The notes below the pieces were generated by a model. That model did not search any database. It saw nothing but the letters and a program-made list of their open reading frames with translations, and was not told the origin of the DNA. Both the position numbers and the translations under genes were made by a program. A stretch of 53,607 nucleotides of DNA, the filler included, from Squatina squatina (taxonomy: Eukaryota), in assembly GCA_031763465.1 (NCBI GenBank). It is 3 parts of 3 records of this genome, joined end to end, with 100 filler letters (N's around TTAATTAATTAA, not from the genome) between each part and the next. Parts side by side here need not be neighbours in the genome. Positions count along the whole stretch, not along the records: positions 21,746 to 39,789 come from JARFOE010331382.1; positions 39,890 to 53,607 come from JARFOE010000219.1; 1 more part is not named here. One strand, given 5' to 3'. How positions within the stretch are numbered: position 1 is the first letter of the stretch; each line of letters begins with the position of its first letter. This document shows, in pieces, positions 34,822 to 47,300 of this stretch.

Positions 34822-36063
34822 GTTAACCTCGTGAGAGGAGAGCCGATCATGAGCAACGTTTCAGATCATTGATATATGGATTGAAATCCACATTCTCTCT
34901 ACCAGACAAAATGGGCCACATTAGAATCCCCCTGACCGGGTAAATATAGAATTAGATTTGGAAAAAAAAGGTTCAGAATTTCATTTGGAGTCTTGCTGCA
35001 GTATTTCGGCTTCCTGCGGACACATTGCCGCAAATCTCAGCAGTGCCAAACATTTTTTAATGATGATATGAGGCTGATTGGCGATCCTGAAATAACAATC
35101 TGCTACTTCATTCATTATATACAAAGTTATTGCCTTTCCAACTTCTATATTTCTACTGCTACAATTTGTAACTCTTCATAAACGATTATTTGCTTTTCAT
35201 GTGAGAAACTGATAATCCAGTAGAAATTGTCACTGCTGCTCATTGGAGATATAGGAAGCTCACCCGACCAATTCCAGAGCATTGAGTGTTCAGTGTTGGA
35301 AGTGAGTATTCTGCAATGTCCCGCCCAGGCAAAACCATCTGGCCAGTGGCGCCGTGGTCTCAGAGTCTCCAAACTCGGCTTTAGTTCATATGGTTTCTGC
35401 TTCCCTTTTATTTGAACTTTTCCAAAATAACACCAGCTGCAAACCCTTTATTTATATGGCACCTTTAACAATGTAAAAGGCTGCAAGGCGCTTCACAAGA
35501 AATAATATCAAACCAAATATTAAAATATAGCAAATACGGGGTATTCAATGACAGCCAAGCAATAATTTAACAGCAAGGATGAGCCTTCTTAAAATCAAGG
35601 CATTCCAATGGATAATATTTAGTGACGGTGCTGAAATCCGTGCTCTGAATCAGAAAATGAGATGGAAGATCGACAGGGCTTCAAACAGGAACAGGAGCTG
35701 TGACTGCTCGCTCTACCTCAGATTCACACAATTCGGTCAGCCAGCGGCTAATGTCTGCTGACCTGCTTTGGGGTGAAGACCAGCTTCGTGCTCATTAAAT
35801 GTTCCTGGAGCTTCATGTGTTGGATTTTGCTGCCTTAATAAATCATCATTCGTCGTTATGTGAATATTTCTGCTGAAGTGATGAATTAAAGATCAGAAAC
35901 CGCTGGAAATATTGCGTTCAGAATTTTCCTTGGTGAATAAAATGTTGGAGATGGAACCAAGACATCATACATGCTGAGCATGCACTCTACCACTGAGCTA
36001 CATCCGCTGAGCTTAGGCTTCCGTAACCAAGGACAGAGTGACAGAATGTCTCACCTTCTCAAT
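34822..36063 (+). repeat. ~1.24 kb segmental duplication, copy 2
   Basis: Colinear with 21871-23109. Confidence 0.9.
35946..36007 (-). pseudogene. tRNA-Ala(AGC)-like pseudogene (3' T-stem deleted)
   Basis: Minus: GCGGATGTAGCTCAGTGGTAGAGTGCATGCTCAGCATGTATGATGTCTTGGTTCCATCTCCA; paralog of 22992-23053. Confidence 0.8.
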
Positions 36064-36498
36064 GCCACCCATTGAGCTCCTTTTCTGCTCCAGTAGTTTT
36101 TTTTTATTGTGGGCAACTGATATAGCTGTGTCTGAAGAGCAGAATCCAGGCCTCTTCACTCAGAGAACTAGGCAAGTGGTGTTGAGATTTAAGACATGGT
36201 GAACTATTTGGGCTCTGCCTTGTCAGAAAAAAGAAGACTGAGAGGAGCCCTCATGGAGGATTGAACGTTATGAAGGGGTTACCATGTTAGAATCACACTG
36301 CACAACAGGGGCAAATCGGGTTGTCGTGCCAGCTGTTTGAATATCCTGTAACATTTAACACCACAGCACATATTTTTTTTCCAATATCCCAGCAATATTA
36401 GCGACCATTGAATACATTTCCAAATCCCTTTGAAAGTACCTGTCGAATCTGACTCAAATTTCATTTTGGGATAGCAGTTATGAAATTAAAAACACTCT

Positions 36499-37254
36499 GG
36501 GCCTGGAATTGCCATCTCCGCATGTGGGAAGCATGTTACCACGCACCCGGCGAGGCATCGCGAAGGTCGGTTATGGGACTGTTCATGGAATGCCCGCATA
36601 ACCAGCATTTGCTAACTGCGCAGAAAGGTCTGGACAGATCCAACACTGAGCTGGCGAAGCCCATCCCCAGCGCTGAGTTTTGCAAAATTTTGGGAAAGAT
36701 TTCACCGAGGATCTCTTCAAATTGTTAATAATTGTTAAAACCCAGCGTATCAGCTTATTTTTACCATCATAAAATTTGTTGAGAAAATTTAAATCATAAA
36801 GTACATTGCTTTAATACTATTCCCAGTAAGACAAGTATACTTTTAACCATTTTAAAAGATCTTTTTTTTTACAAAGTCATATTTTTCTCCTTTTTATTCA
36901 ATTTTCATGTTAGAACACTTTAAAAAAAGGTTTGCGATGTCGATCGTGTTGTTTATCAACTTTCAATGACAATAGGACAGCTTATGACAGATCGCAGTGA
37001 AATATCAAAACTTCATTGAAATACATACTTACCTGATAGGCCGGGGCCTCCCATGTGTCCTCTTCAGCCTCTTCGCTAGATCTGTCCAGGAAACTCGACC
37101 GCCCCGCTCAAAATCTCCAACTCGGTGGGTGGGGGGAGGGTGGGAGCTGAATTTCGCAAGATCTCATGGATCCAGGACCCCTAGGTAAGTATGTAGATAT
37201 TATTGCAATCGGAAAAATCCAAATGAATGAAGCCTCCGATCACAACATCAGGCC
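36499..37254. repeat. Interspersed non-autonomous repeat (possibly Harbinger-type)
   Basis: Starts gggcctggaattgc...ccacgcacccgg; a related end lies inverted at 47520-47885 (ccgggtgcgtgg...gcaatttcagcccc). TIRs are weak. Confidence 0.4.
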
Positions 37255-37379
37255 GAATGTGTACAAATGTACTTTAAATCTATGACTTCTGGACAAAACT
37301 TGCCAGTGAAAATACGTTTTCCCTTTTTGCTCCGTCATAAATCCCTCATAATTTTAGAATATTTTAATTCAGTTTTCCC

Positions 37380-37800
37380 TTAAACTTTTTCTGCTTTCTG
37401 GAGCTCCACTAATGTCTGCACATAATTGCAATTACTTATTCCTGGTACCAGTCCAGTAAATCTCCTTTTCACCCTCACTTAAGCATTGACACCACTCCTA
37501 AAGTCTGGCGCCCAGCAATGAGCACATTGGTCCAGTGGGAACCTAAACATTATTTTATAAAGGTTTGGCATAACTTATTTGCTTTTGCACTTCATTCCTC
37601 TATTAACACATCAAAAGATCATATATTATTTTGTAACTGTCTTGTGAATGTATCATGCCACCTTCAAACGTTTCTGTACCAACACTCAGTTTTTCCTGTA
37701 ATGGAACAATTTAGTTCCGATTTACTATCCTACTACCTTTTGCCAAATTACATTACTTCACAAGTTTCTGTGTTCAATTTGATCTGCCTTGTTCCAGCTC
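37380..37800 (-). mobile_element. Old CR1 fragment, inverted
   Basis: tagtaaatctc-like / tggcgcccagcaatgagcacattggtccagtggg / aaattacattacttcaca are decayed complements of CR1 ORF2 C-terminal sequence. Confidence 0.5.
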
Positions 37801-38143
37801 CCTCTTGACAGCCGCCCCTGAGACAGCATAAAACACACGAAATGCCAACTCGCTGCTCTATAGGAATAATGAACTGCCTAACGTCAAGCCTATTCCTACC
37901 TTCGTGTAGTCTAACTGCTTGTTCTGAAGTCTTCTAATCCATCAAACTGGAATAATGTATAACTAGGCCGTCAATCCATTCCCGGGTTGGGAGCCAATGA
38001 AATGGTGCCTGAGCTTTTCCAGTGACTTATATCCTGTGTAGACGCCCCGGGTAAATAAAGCCTCACTGACCAGGTGTGGAAAGGACGGCAGGTCCAAGAG
38101 GCTCTTTGCATAATTTTACTAAGCATACGCAATGTCAATTTCT

Positions 38144-38210
38144 TGGAAATTTATTCAACCCAGGACCTCATATTTGCAAAACATATGATCCACCGCTGAG
38201 GTACATCCCC
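38144..38210 (-). pseudogene. tRNA-Ala(TGC) pseudogene
   Basis: Minus: GGGGATGTACCTCAGCGGTGGATCATATGTTTTGCAAATATGAGGTCCTGGGTTGAATAAATTTCCA. Confidence 0.75.
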
Positions 38211-38654
38211 AGTGACAGCTGCCATGCTTTACAGGCAAGCAATTCTGTATTCGTCATTGTCTCACTAAGGAAACTGGCTGGCCAGAGATACCGAGGACTC
38301 CCAGGTTTAAATTCGGATTCAGATCACAAGGATTCTGCTCCTCTTTGAACATTTCAAAAATATGCCTGTGGCATAAATGCAAAGTCTACGGTTAAATGAT
38401 TGGGCTGGACACGGATCTCTGATTGAAATATGAAATGGAAGAACGCCAAGACACCAAACAGGAACAAGTGCTGTGAGAGTTCACTCCACAAAATTACAAA
38501 ATCCGGTCAGTCGGCGGCTGCTACGAGCTAATTGGCTGGGTTAGCATGGGATTAACACAAGATCCTGGCGAATTATATGTGTGGAGCGTCAGATTTTCGA
38601 ACTCGCTGCCCTCTTAAATAAAGCCTGTGAACAAATCTTGTGAAAAATATTTCC

Positions 38655-38700
38655 TGGCGATGCTGAGGATCGAATCTCCAGCATTGATTTGCATCGCAAC
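38655..38700 (-). pseudogene. 3' remnant of tRNA-Ala
   Basis: Minus ...GATTCGATCCTCAGCATCGCCA followed by aaatattttt. The flank 38400-38650 is paralogous to 22670-22990. Confidence 0.5.
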
Positions 38701-39789
38701 TGAAAAGCCGCAATAATTTGTTGGGAAACGTGTGCATTCTCTCAAATTGTCTCTCAACACAAACAGGTGAAGAGAACAAATTGCATGGTAGCAGTTTAAG
38801 AAATTGAATCTTAAATTGGAGAAATTTATCAGAAACTCATGAGAAGTTGTAGGTTCTAACATTGATTTAAAAACTACAACCTTTCCCTCCAGGCCATAAT
38901 GCTCATTATTGTAATGGTACTAGCCTAACAACATTGATTCCAGCCAGCACAGAATTGAGGGACAATGTCAGAAGTGAGGACAATATGGTCTAACTAGATA
39001 AGTTGCAGTCTTATAGCTGGAAAGGTATATCGCTCTATGGTGCTTATTTGTCTGAAAATACAATACATCATCTACTGGATCTAGAAAGCATTTAACTAGC
39101 TCTTATTTTCTCTTTGCTCCCAGCTCTTTAATACAATGCAGAAAGAGTACAGACATACATTGGGTTTCATTTTCAGCATGATTAAGGGTATAGTTACTGT
39201 GAAAGCTTGGAACAGAATATTTTTTTGGCCTGGTGTATGAACTGGGTTGTGAGTAACCTAGTGTTATGATAGATATTTTCTATTGATTAGTGCTCAAGAC
39301 TTTTACATTTTTTTCATTCAGTTGTTATGTCTTGTGTAGCATAGCAGTTTATGATTGTAGTTGAAATGTTTTATTCGGAGATGGAGTATTTATTGATTGT
39401 AGTTATCTGATTGATATTCTGCACCTTATCCACAACATTTCTAGGGACTCGCAACTTTTGGAGATTTTTCTGTGTGTGTGTGTTTGGAATTTGATTTGAT
39501 TTTTTTCCTCGGCCTTTTTATTATAGTGTTGCTTATAATTGATTTTCTGTTTCCAGTTCATTGGACTGGGTGAAGATTTGAAGCGATTGATTAAGAAATC
39601 TTTCTGAAAATCATTAATTTCAGTCAATCGGTGAAGTTTCATTTCTATGACTGTACACAATACATTACTTTTGGTAAATAGTGTTTACAAGGCAGAACAT
39701 TAGGGGTCGTATTGTTACATTATTCTAAAAGATACAGATGGATGCACAAGTATATCTGCCTGTCGGTACATTTATGTCATTTTTGTATT

Positions 39790-39889
39790 NNNNNNNNNNN
39801 NNNNNNNNNNNNNNNNNNNNNNNNNNNNNNNNNTTAATTAATTAANNNNNNNNNNNNNNNNNNNNNNNNNNNNNNNNNNNNNNNNNNNN
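39790..39889. other. Artificial scaffold-joining spacer
   Basis: 44 N + TTAATTAATTAA (39834-39845) + 44 N. Confidence 0.95.
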
Positions 39890-41059
39890 TGGATCTCCCC
39901 TCCCTCCACCATTGGAATTGTCTTTCCCCCTGGCCCGACCTTCCGGCCAGTTCGGCATGGGAACCAGATGATTTCTTGCCCTTCCACAACCGGTGAACTG
40001 AATCTAAAGCTAAAGCCATTTAAATTAATTTCAAACATTTTGGTTTAGGATAGTGGAATTTCAGGCTGGCTCATATATAGTATTAAACTTATTCAACCAG
40101 GCCCTGCAGATCTAGGATTTTGGTTGGCGCAGGAAAAAGATCTGAAATATTGGATCAGCTGCATAATGTAGATCTATTCAAGAGGTTTGACCAAATATGA
40201 AATGGCTTCCAATTGACAAGAGAGCTCTCTAAATATATTTCTAGTTATCGTTTTTNNNNNNNNNNTTTCTAAAATGGGATTGTAATCAAACATCTCTAAC
40301 TTCAATAAGTTAAATACAACAAAGTCATGGAAATGATTGTCACTGATGTTATCATCTGCACACTTAACAGGCTTACATCAAATTCCTCCCTTCGCAATTT
40401 TAACCAAAATGTTAACCGATTTATTTTCAACTGGTCAATACTTCCATTATAAAAAGTGGTGGGAGGAATTTAATATGGTTGTATAGACAATAACATTGCC
40501 AACAAAGGTTTTTAGCCTTTAGAGTTCAATTCTGCTTGCAGTTTCAACAGTTAATTTGTTAGCAGATTAATGCTATAGATTGGCTTTAAGTGTGTATGGG
40601 ACAAGAGAAGCTGAGCCACAAATGAAGACAGGTGGGAGGTGGTGTGTATCTCAACCCACTCCATAAATTTACAGCAGGCCAAGGAAGATGCAGTGTAAAT
40701 GGCTTCAAAAGCTTATTACAGCTGAGATATTATGACATGTATTATACTTGAAGTAAAATTAGAAATGTAATCTTAATTTAAAATTTAAACATAATTTCAG
40801 GTCAAGAATTACAGTGGTTAACAATGTTGCTGCTTGTTATTTCTCTATTTTAATCAAAATATTCTAACTATTTTATAACATTTGCACCCAATGCATGCAC
40901 CTACATCAAGAAAAGCAAAATTAGATTGCAACTGTTTCTTGTCAAATTTATTAAAGCACAAAACTTTAAAGGGGTGCCATTCTTGTGAAAAGGTGTTCGG
41001 CAAATCTTTTCTATATCCCTCATGAACAAAAACCTGTGATATGATGACACAAAACGCCG

Positions 41060-41305
41060 TTGCATTACTCATTCACGGTAGATGCTGCAACCTTCTTCAT
41101 AGGTGGAAGATTAAAGTATCCCCATCATGCGACGGTGGAGCTCCGAATCAGAACCTGGAGCACATCATCGAGCACTGCCCTCAGAGGAAATTCGCAGGCA
41201 GCCGACAAGATAGCCACGCTGTTACACCGATAACTTTGGCCTGGATATCCAACTCAGATATTGACATCTGATTTGTTTTGCTGCTACCAAAAGAAAGAAG
41301 AAGAC
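41060..41305 (+). mobile_element. 3' end of an Ingi/Vingi-like non-LTR retrotransposon
   Basis: GRCCNLLHRWKIKVSPSCDGGAPNQNLEHIIEHCPQRKFAG...WISNSDIDI* is a C-x-C...H...CP zinc-knuckle C-terminus; followed by a very short UTR and an (AAG)n tail. Confidence 0.65.
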
Positions 41306-44300
41306 TGCAAAACAAAAACCACACGAGGCTGATCGTTTTCCGGCGACTACAACTTTATTTCAGCCAGGTTTTATAATTGCACTAATGGTAATGAAATTTT
41401 CTTTTCCAATTCAAGGCCTTAATTCAAAAGCATGACGAAGGAGCAAAAGTGTTGAGAGAACAGGCAAATTCCTGTTATTGGAACCGACACCTGCCGAGGT
41501 ATCATTTCTGCCCCTCCTCGGGGCATTCCACACCTGTATACAACGGGCTCTTCACAACAAACATTTTACATTTGTGATGCACACCTACCATCCCCATTGG
41601 TATACAAAAATCACATTCCAACGANNNNNNNNNNNNNNNNNNNNNNNNNNNNNNNNNNNNNNNNNNNNNNNNNNNNNNNNNNNNNNNNNNNNNNNNNNNN
41701 NNNNNNNNNNNNNNNNNNNNNNNNNNNNNNNNNNNNNNNNNNNNNNNNNNNNNNNNNNNNNNNNNNNNNNNNNNNNNNNNNNNNNNNNNNNNNNNNNNNN
41801 NNNNNNNNNNNNNNNNNNNNNNNNNNNNNNNNNNNNNNNNNNNNNNNNNNNNNNNNNNNNNNNNNNNNNNNNNNNNNNNNNNNNNNNNNNNNNNNNNNNN
41901 NNNNNNNNNNNNNNNNNNNNNNNNNNNNNNNNNNNNNNNNNNNNNNNNNNNNNNNNNNNNNNNNNNNNNNNNNNNNNNNNNNNNNNNNNNNNNNNNNNNN
42001 NNNNNNNNNNNNNNNNNNNNNNNNNNNNNNNNNNNNNNNNNNNNNNNNNNNNNNNNNNNNNNNNNNNNNNNNNNNNNNNNNNNNNNNNNNNNNNNNNNNN
42101 NNNNNNNNNNNNNNNNNNNNNNNNNNNNNNNNNNNNNNNNNNNNNNNNNNNNNNNNNNNNNNNNATTCGGCATTGGGGGCGGGACTTCTGATGTGGGCGC
42201 AGGAAGTTCTGGCCCCAGATGGTTACCGCCCAAATCGGGGGCTGGGCAATTTCACCCCACAGTCTTAGTCCAGCTATTGACCATAAGTAGGCAGGTAAAA
42301 TCTACAAAAATTCCAAAAATAATAATCTACCTCATTCCAAATCATTTTCAATCCATACATCTGAGAGATTACTGTTCCAGCTGCTCTGAAATAAGCACAC
42401 AAAAGCAAGAAATAAAAGAAATGGAAAAGCTATTTAATAATGCCCTTCAAACACTGCATCACATCGTTTGACTCTAGTTAATGAAATTCCTTTGTCTAAT
42501 GTACGATGATTGATCTTTGTTTTCGATGCTATATTAATATCTGCAGGGAAATGATTCAGGTTCAAAAGCTGGAGATTGTGAAGAGGTAATACAGATCGCA
42601 TACACGGAGTGTGCACAGTACACATTGTGACAGCTGTTATTAAGAACTTACATTAAAAAAAAATCATTTGACTGCTCTGCGTTGCAGAGGTAAGTGAAAC
42701 ATTCATGGATAACAAATGCCCTCAAAACTAGAATGGCAGCACTGGGGAACAGAGAAAATTTGCAGCATTTGCATTTTCCGATACAGTCACCAGGGGGCAG
42801 GCAGTGACCAACTCAGTGATACCATTTCACAGATACATGATCAATAATCATCAGTTTGTCAACAATAGAAAAAAGCAAATACAAGCAAAGTAGCCATTTG
42901 AGAGCTGAACAACCTCTATCACAAAATCAACAGTGGAGAAATATATTGGGCAATTTAATTAAATCAGAAAACAAACTGTAACCACAAGAACTTCTAGATA
43001 TTGGGCAACAATGTACTGGAACAGTTTTTAATTTCTAAATAAGTTAATAAAGACCAAAAGGTTGAGCACTTGAGGGTGGCTAGATTTTCCTCTATTGATA
43101 ACACTCTGTGACTTTTCAACATTCTGAGTGACTGCAAGTGACACATTGGCAAGATTAACCATTTGTCAGTCTAATAATGCAAGGGAAGAAATTAATCTTG
43201 TCAGTGCATACAGTGCTGTGCAGCTTTCAACATACCACCATTTAGTTCATGCGACATCTGCAAATTGAATTCCCTGCAACGATGAATGTAACATTTTGAG
43301 TAAATCCATTCTGTAAATGTTGGTACGCTTTTGATTTTGGCTGCCAAATTACGACGACTATCAAAGGATTAAATAAAATTAATGATAATTATAAAAAGAA
43401 TTGATGTAGAATTGAAATTAAAGGGCACTCTGAATTACTTGTTTTTTCTTTGGGTAACTAGGGGGTATTTTTCTTACTCTGCTCCTTGCAATGCTTTAGT
43501 TAAATAAATCAGCTAGAAAAATTGATGAAGTTCAATTGTTCCCAGCTCTTAACATATTGTTGACTGCCACTCAAATTTAAAACCATTGCATTGCTTCACG
43601 ATTGAGGACATTTTATTCAGTCAGTGTTCTCATCTTTGGAAGAATATGTGTATGTACTATTTGCATGCTGTGAAATGTCACACAACAGATATAAAATTTG
43701 CCATTGATATAAAAATGCAAGGTTTGGCTTTGCAGCACAGAAATATAGAAGTATTTAAAACAAAACACAGAATTCCTACTAAAAATGCTATGAGACTAAA
43801 ATGGCCACCTCAATATATTCCAAGAGATATTGCTTGAAGCTTTGTCTTTGTTGTGATTGTAAGTTTTGACTCTTTCAGTGAAGAGTGATGAATTGTGGGT
43901 ATTTTCACTGGTAAAGTCAAACCTTTCTATCATAGTTGAAGAGAAGCAGCAGGGATTCTTCTACTTTACCGCAATCGTATATTTTCATACTGACAAGTAT
44001 GCCCATTAATACTATCATGAGCAAAAAAATGCATTGTCGAGAAGCCTAAAGCACTGCACTTCTTATTGTCACCATGCTGATTTTGAAGGGTGTAATGACT
44101 TGCTTGGATAGCATTATAAACTTTTGTTTTATAGGAAGCCAATCAGTCTTAGAATATAAAAATAGTTGAGGAGACTTTTAAAGCATTCTCATTTGATTTC
44201 TGAAGAGGACTCCTNNNNNNNNNNNNNNNNNNNNNNNNNNNNNNNNNNNNNNNNNNNNNNNNNNNNNNNNNNNNNNNNNNNNNNNNNNNNNNNNNNNNNN

Positions 44301-47300
44301 NNNNNNNNNNNNNNNNNNNNNNNNNNNNNNNNNNNNNNNNNNNNNNNNNNNNNNNNNNNNNNNNNNNNNNNNNNNNNNNNNNNNNNNNNNNNNNNNNNNN
44401 NNNNNNNNNNNNNNNNNNNNNNNNNNNNNNNNNNNNNCTCCAAATGCAATATCGTATTTCCAAACAATTGCAGCTTAGTTTTGTTCTACAGCTGGTTGAC
44501 CTCTTTCAGCTAGTGACTGAATGCCTCTCTTAAACAATTATACAGGTCAGAAATATTTAATCTAAATTATTTAGTCTCTGGGTGTTTTCTCAGACATCAT
44601 TGATAGCCAGAGGAGTTCCAGCTGTTGATTGTACCTGGAATTGAACTCTTGGAGCTTGATTTTGCCTTGGTGATGGAGTTTCAGTCATTTTTGCAGTTAC
44701 CAATCCCTGCCACATTACCTGACTGTGACACGATACATTTGCTATTAATGTCGTTACAATTCAGGCAATCTGTAAGGAACCCAATATGCTGAAAAGTGTA
44801 AGGTACATGAATGATGACTGTGTCAACTATTCCACTTAAAGTTCTTTTTTTAGTTAAAGTGCTTCAAAAACTAGCAGCCGGCTTGAAAGTGCAGCGTCCC
44901 AAAACAAACTTCAAAATGCAGTTGCTACTCATCTCCCACAGGGAGCTGTTCAACTCTGCCAAATGGACTAGCAAAATATTATGATAACCTTTTCCATCCT
45001 AATTTGTACTGCAGGCTGCGTGTGTGCTAGGATCAACATTAATTACTGTATAACGTTTCAGCCGTGTAGTTCATGGAAATGTCAGAGAGTTAGCTAAAGG
45101 GGATCTGGGGTCTCAGGATCGTGAGGAGGTGCTTGGCCCTGGGAGCTCCTTTACATGGGTGGATGGGAAGGTTTCTCAGACCATGGAATAAGTAAGCACT
45201 ATAGCANNNNNNNNNNNNNNNNNNNNNNNNNNNNNNNNNNNNNNNNNNNNNNNNNNNNNNNNNNNNNNNNNNNNNNNNNNNNNNNNNNNNNNNNNNNNNN
45301 NNNNNNNNNNNNNNNNNNNNNNNNNNNNNNNNNNNNNNNNNNNNNNNNNNNNNNNNNNNNNNNNNNNNNNNNNNNNNNNNNNNNNNNNNNNNNNNNNNNN
45401 NNNNNNNNNNNNNNNNNNNNNNNNNNNNNNNNNNNNNNNNNNNNNNNNNNNNNNNNNNNNNNNNNNNNNNNNNNNNNNNNNNNNNNNNNNNNNNNNNNNN
45501 NNNNNNNNNNNNNNNNNNNNNNNNNNNNNNNNNNNNNNNNNNNNNNNNNNNNNNNNNNNNNNNNNNNNNNNNNNNNNNNNNNNNNNNNNNNNNNNNNNNN
45601 NNNNNNNNNNNNNNNNNNNNNNNNNNNNNNNNNNNNNNNTGCAGAAGCCCAATAATCCTGGGTGCCACACCTGAAGGAAACACATTTGAAAGAGAAACTG
45701 CCTCTAGTCACTTTGTGTTGATCCTACAAAGTTTGCAGCTCTGTCAGTGGACAGCAGGGGTCACCTTAACACAGTCGTCCTCTGAAGCTCTACCTCCTGC
45801 TTGGTGGCAGCAGATAGTGCAGTCAGGCAACTAACTGTCATTCAGAGTTCATTTCTTTTCATGTTTAATGGTAGATTTAAGAGTCGAAGCACACTCACTG
45901 TTAGGACGTTGTGCAGTTGCTGCCCTAACCAATAGCGATAGTCAAAATCATTTCTCCACAAATTTAACTTTTGTTAAAATCCTCCTCATGTGTGAAATTT
46001 CTTGCATGCATTTAGTGTTTCATATTTTTGGCTTCAGTTACCTAGCATTTTATTTAGATTGGAGCATCTACAATTCAAAGCCTCACAACCATTATATTTG
46101 ATAACTTTGACATTGCGAGTGATAATCGTTACAGCAACTAAATTAGGTTCCAATCTAATCTTCAATTAAACTAAATCTATTTAAAAGCTAATTTCCTATT
46201 ACAGTTGTGGCAAATAAATCACACTCTTATTATGAATGGTATGAGCAACAACAGATTCAGAAAATTATGGCTGCGACAGATCGCGACAAAAATGTGGGTA
46301 TTTAATGAGAAATATTAGCAGTAATGGCATGTAAATTTGCATGGCTTGGTGCACTTTATTCTTCTTTATTCATTTTCATGACACCAGTGTCATCTAGGTA
46401 CAATGTGCCCAACATCACCTTGGAAACCACAATCATAAAAGACCCTGTTAGGCATCCAAAGTGTAAAGGAAATAAATTGGTGTCTCTGTTTAATAAATTG
46501 CTTTAAAAGTAAACCACTACTCACTGAGGTACTACTGAATTAAGCTATTATGAGGCAATTTAATCTTTTATTCGAAATAGAGAACTTAAATAGCAGCCCG
46601 CTTATCATGTTAAATGTAACAAGCAATAGGTTTATAAAAATCAGGTAAGTATTGGCATAAGTGAGGGTTGATGCAAGTTATTAAATACCGACAGAAACAA
46701 AAGATAGTGTAGCACAATTTCAGAATGCGGATACCTGCACCAAGAATACCAAAATATTCTTATTCTGACAAAACATTCCGCACATTCTTTTTNNNNNNNN
46801 NNNNNNNNNNNNNNNNNNNNNNNNNNNNNNNNNNNNNNNNNNNNNNNNNNNNNNNNNNNNNNNNNNNNNNNNNNNNNNNNNNNNNNNNNNNNNNNNNNNN
46901 NNNNNNNNNNNNNNNNNNNNNNNNNNNNNNNNNNNNNNNNNNNNNNNNNNNNNNNNNNNNNNNNNNNNNNNNNNNNNNNNNNNNNNNNNNNNNNNNNNNN
47001 NNNNNNNNNNNNNNNNNNNNNNNNNNNNNNNNNNNNNNNNNNNNNNNNNNNNNNNNNNNNNNNNNNNNNNNNNNNNNNNNNNNNNNNNNNNNNNNNNNNN
47101 NNNNNNNNNNNNNNNNNNNNNNNNNNNNNNNNNNNNNNNNNNNNNNNNNNNNNNNNNNNNNNNNNNNNNNNNNNNNNNNNNNNNNNNNNNNNNNNNNNNN
47201 NNNNNNNNNNNNNNNNNNNNNNNNNNNNNNNNNNNNNNNNNNNNNNNNNNNNNNNNNNNNNNNNNNNNNNNNNNNNNNNNNNNNNNNNNNNNNNNNNNNN

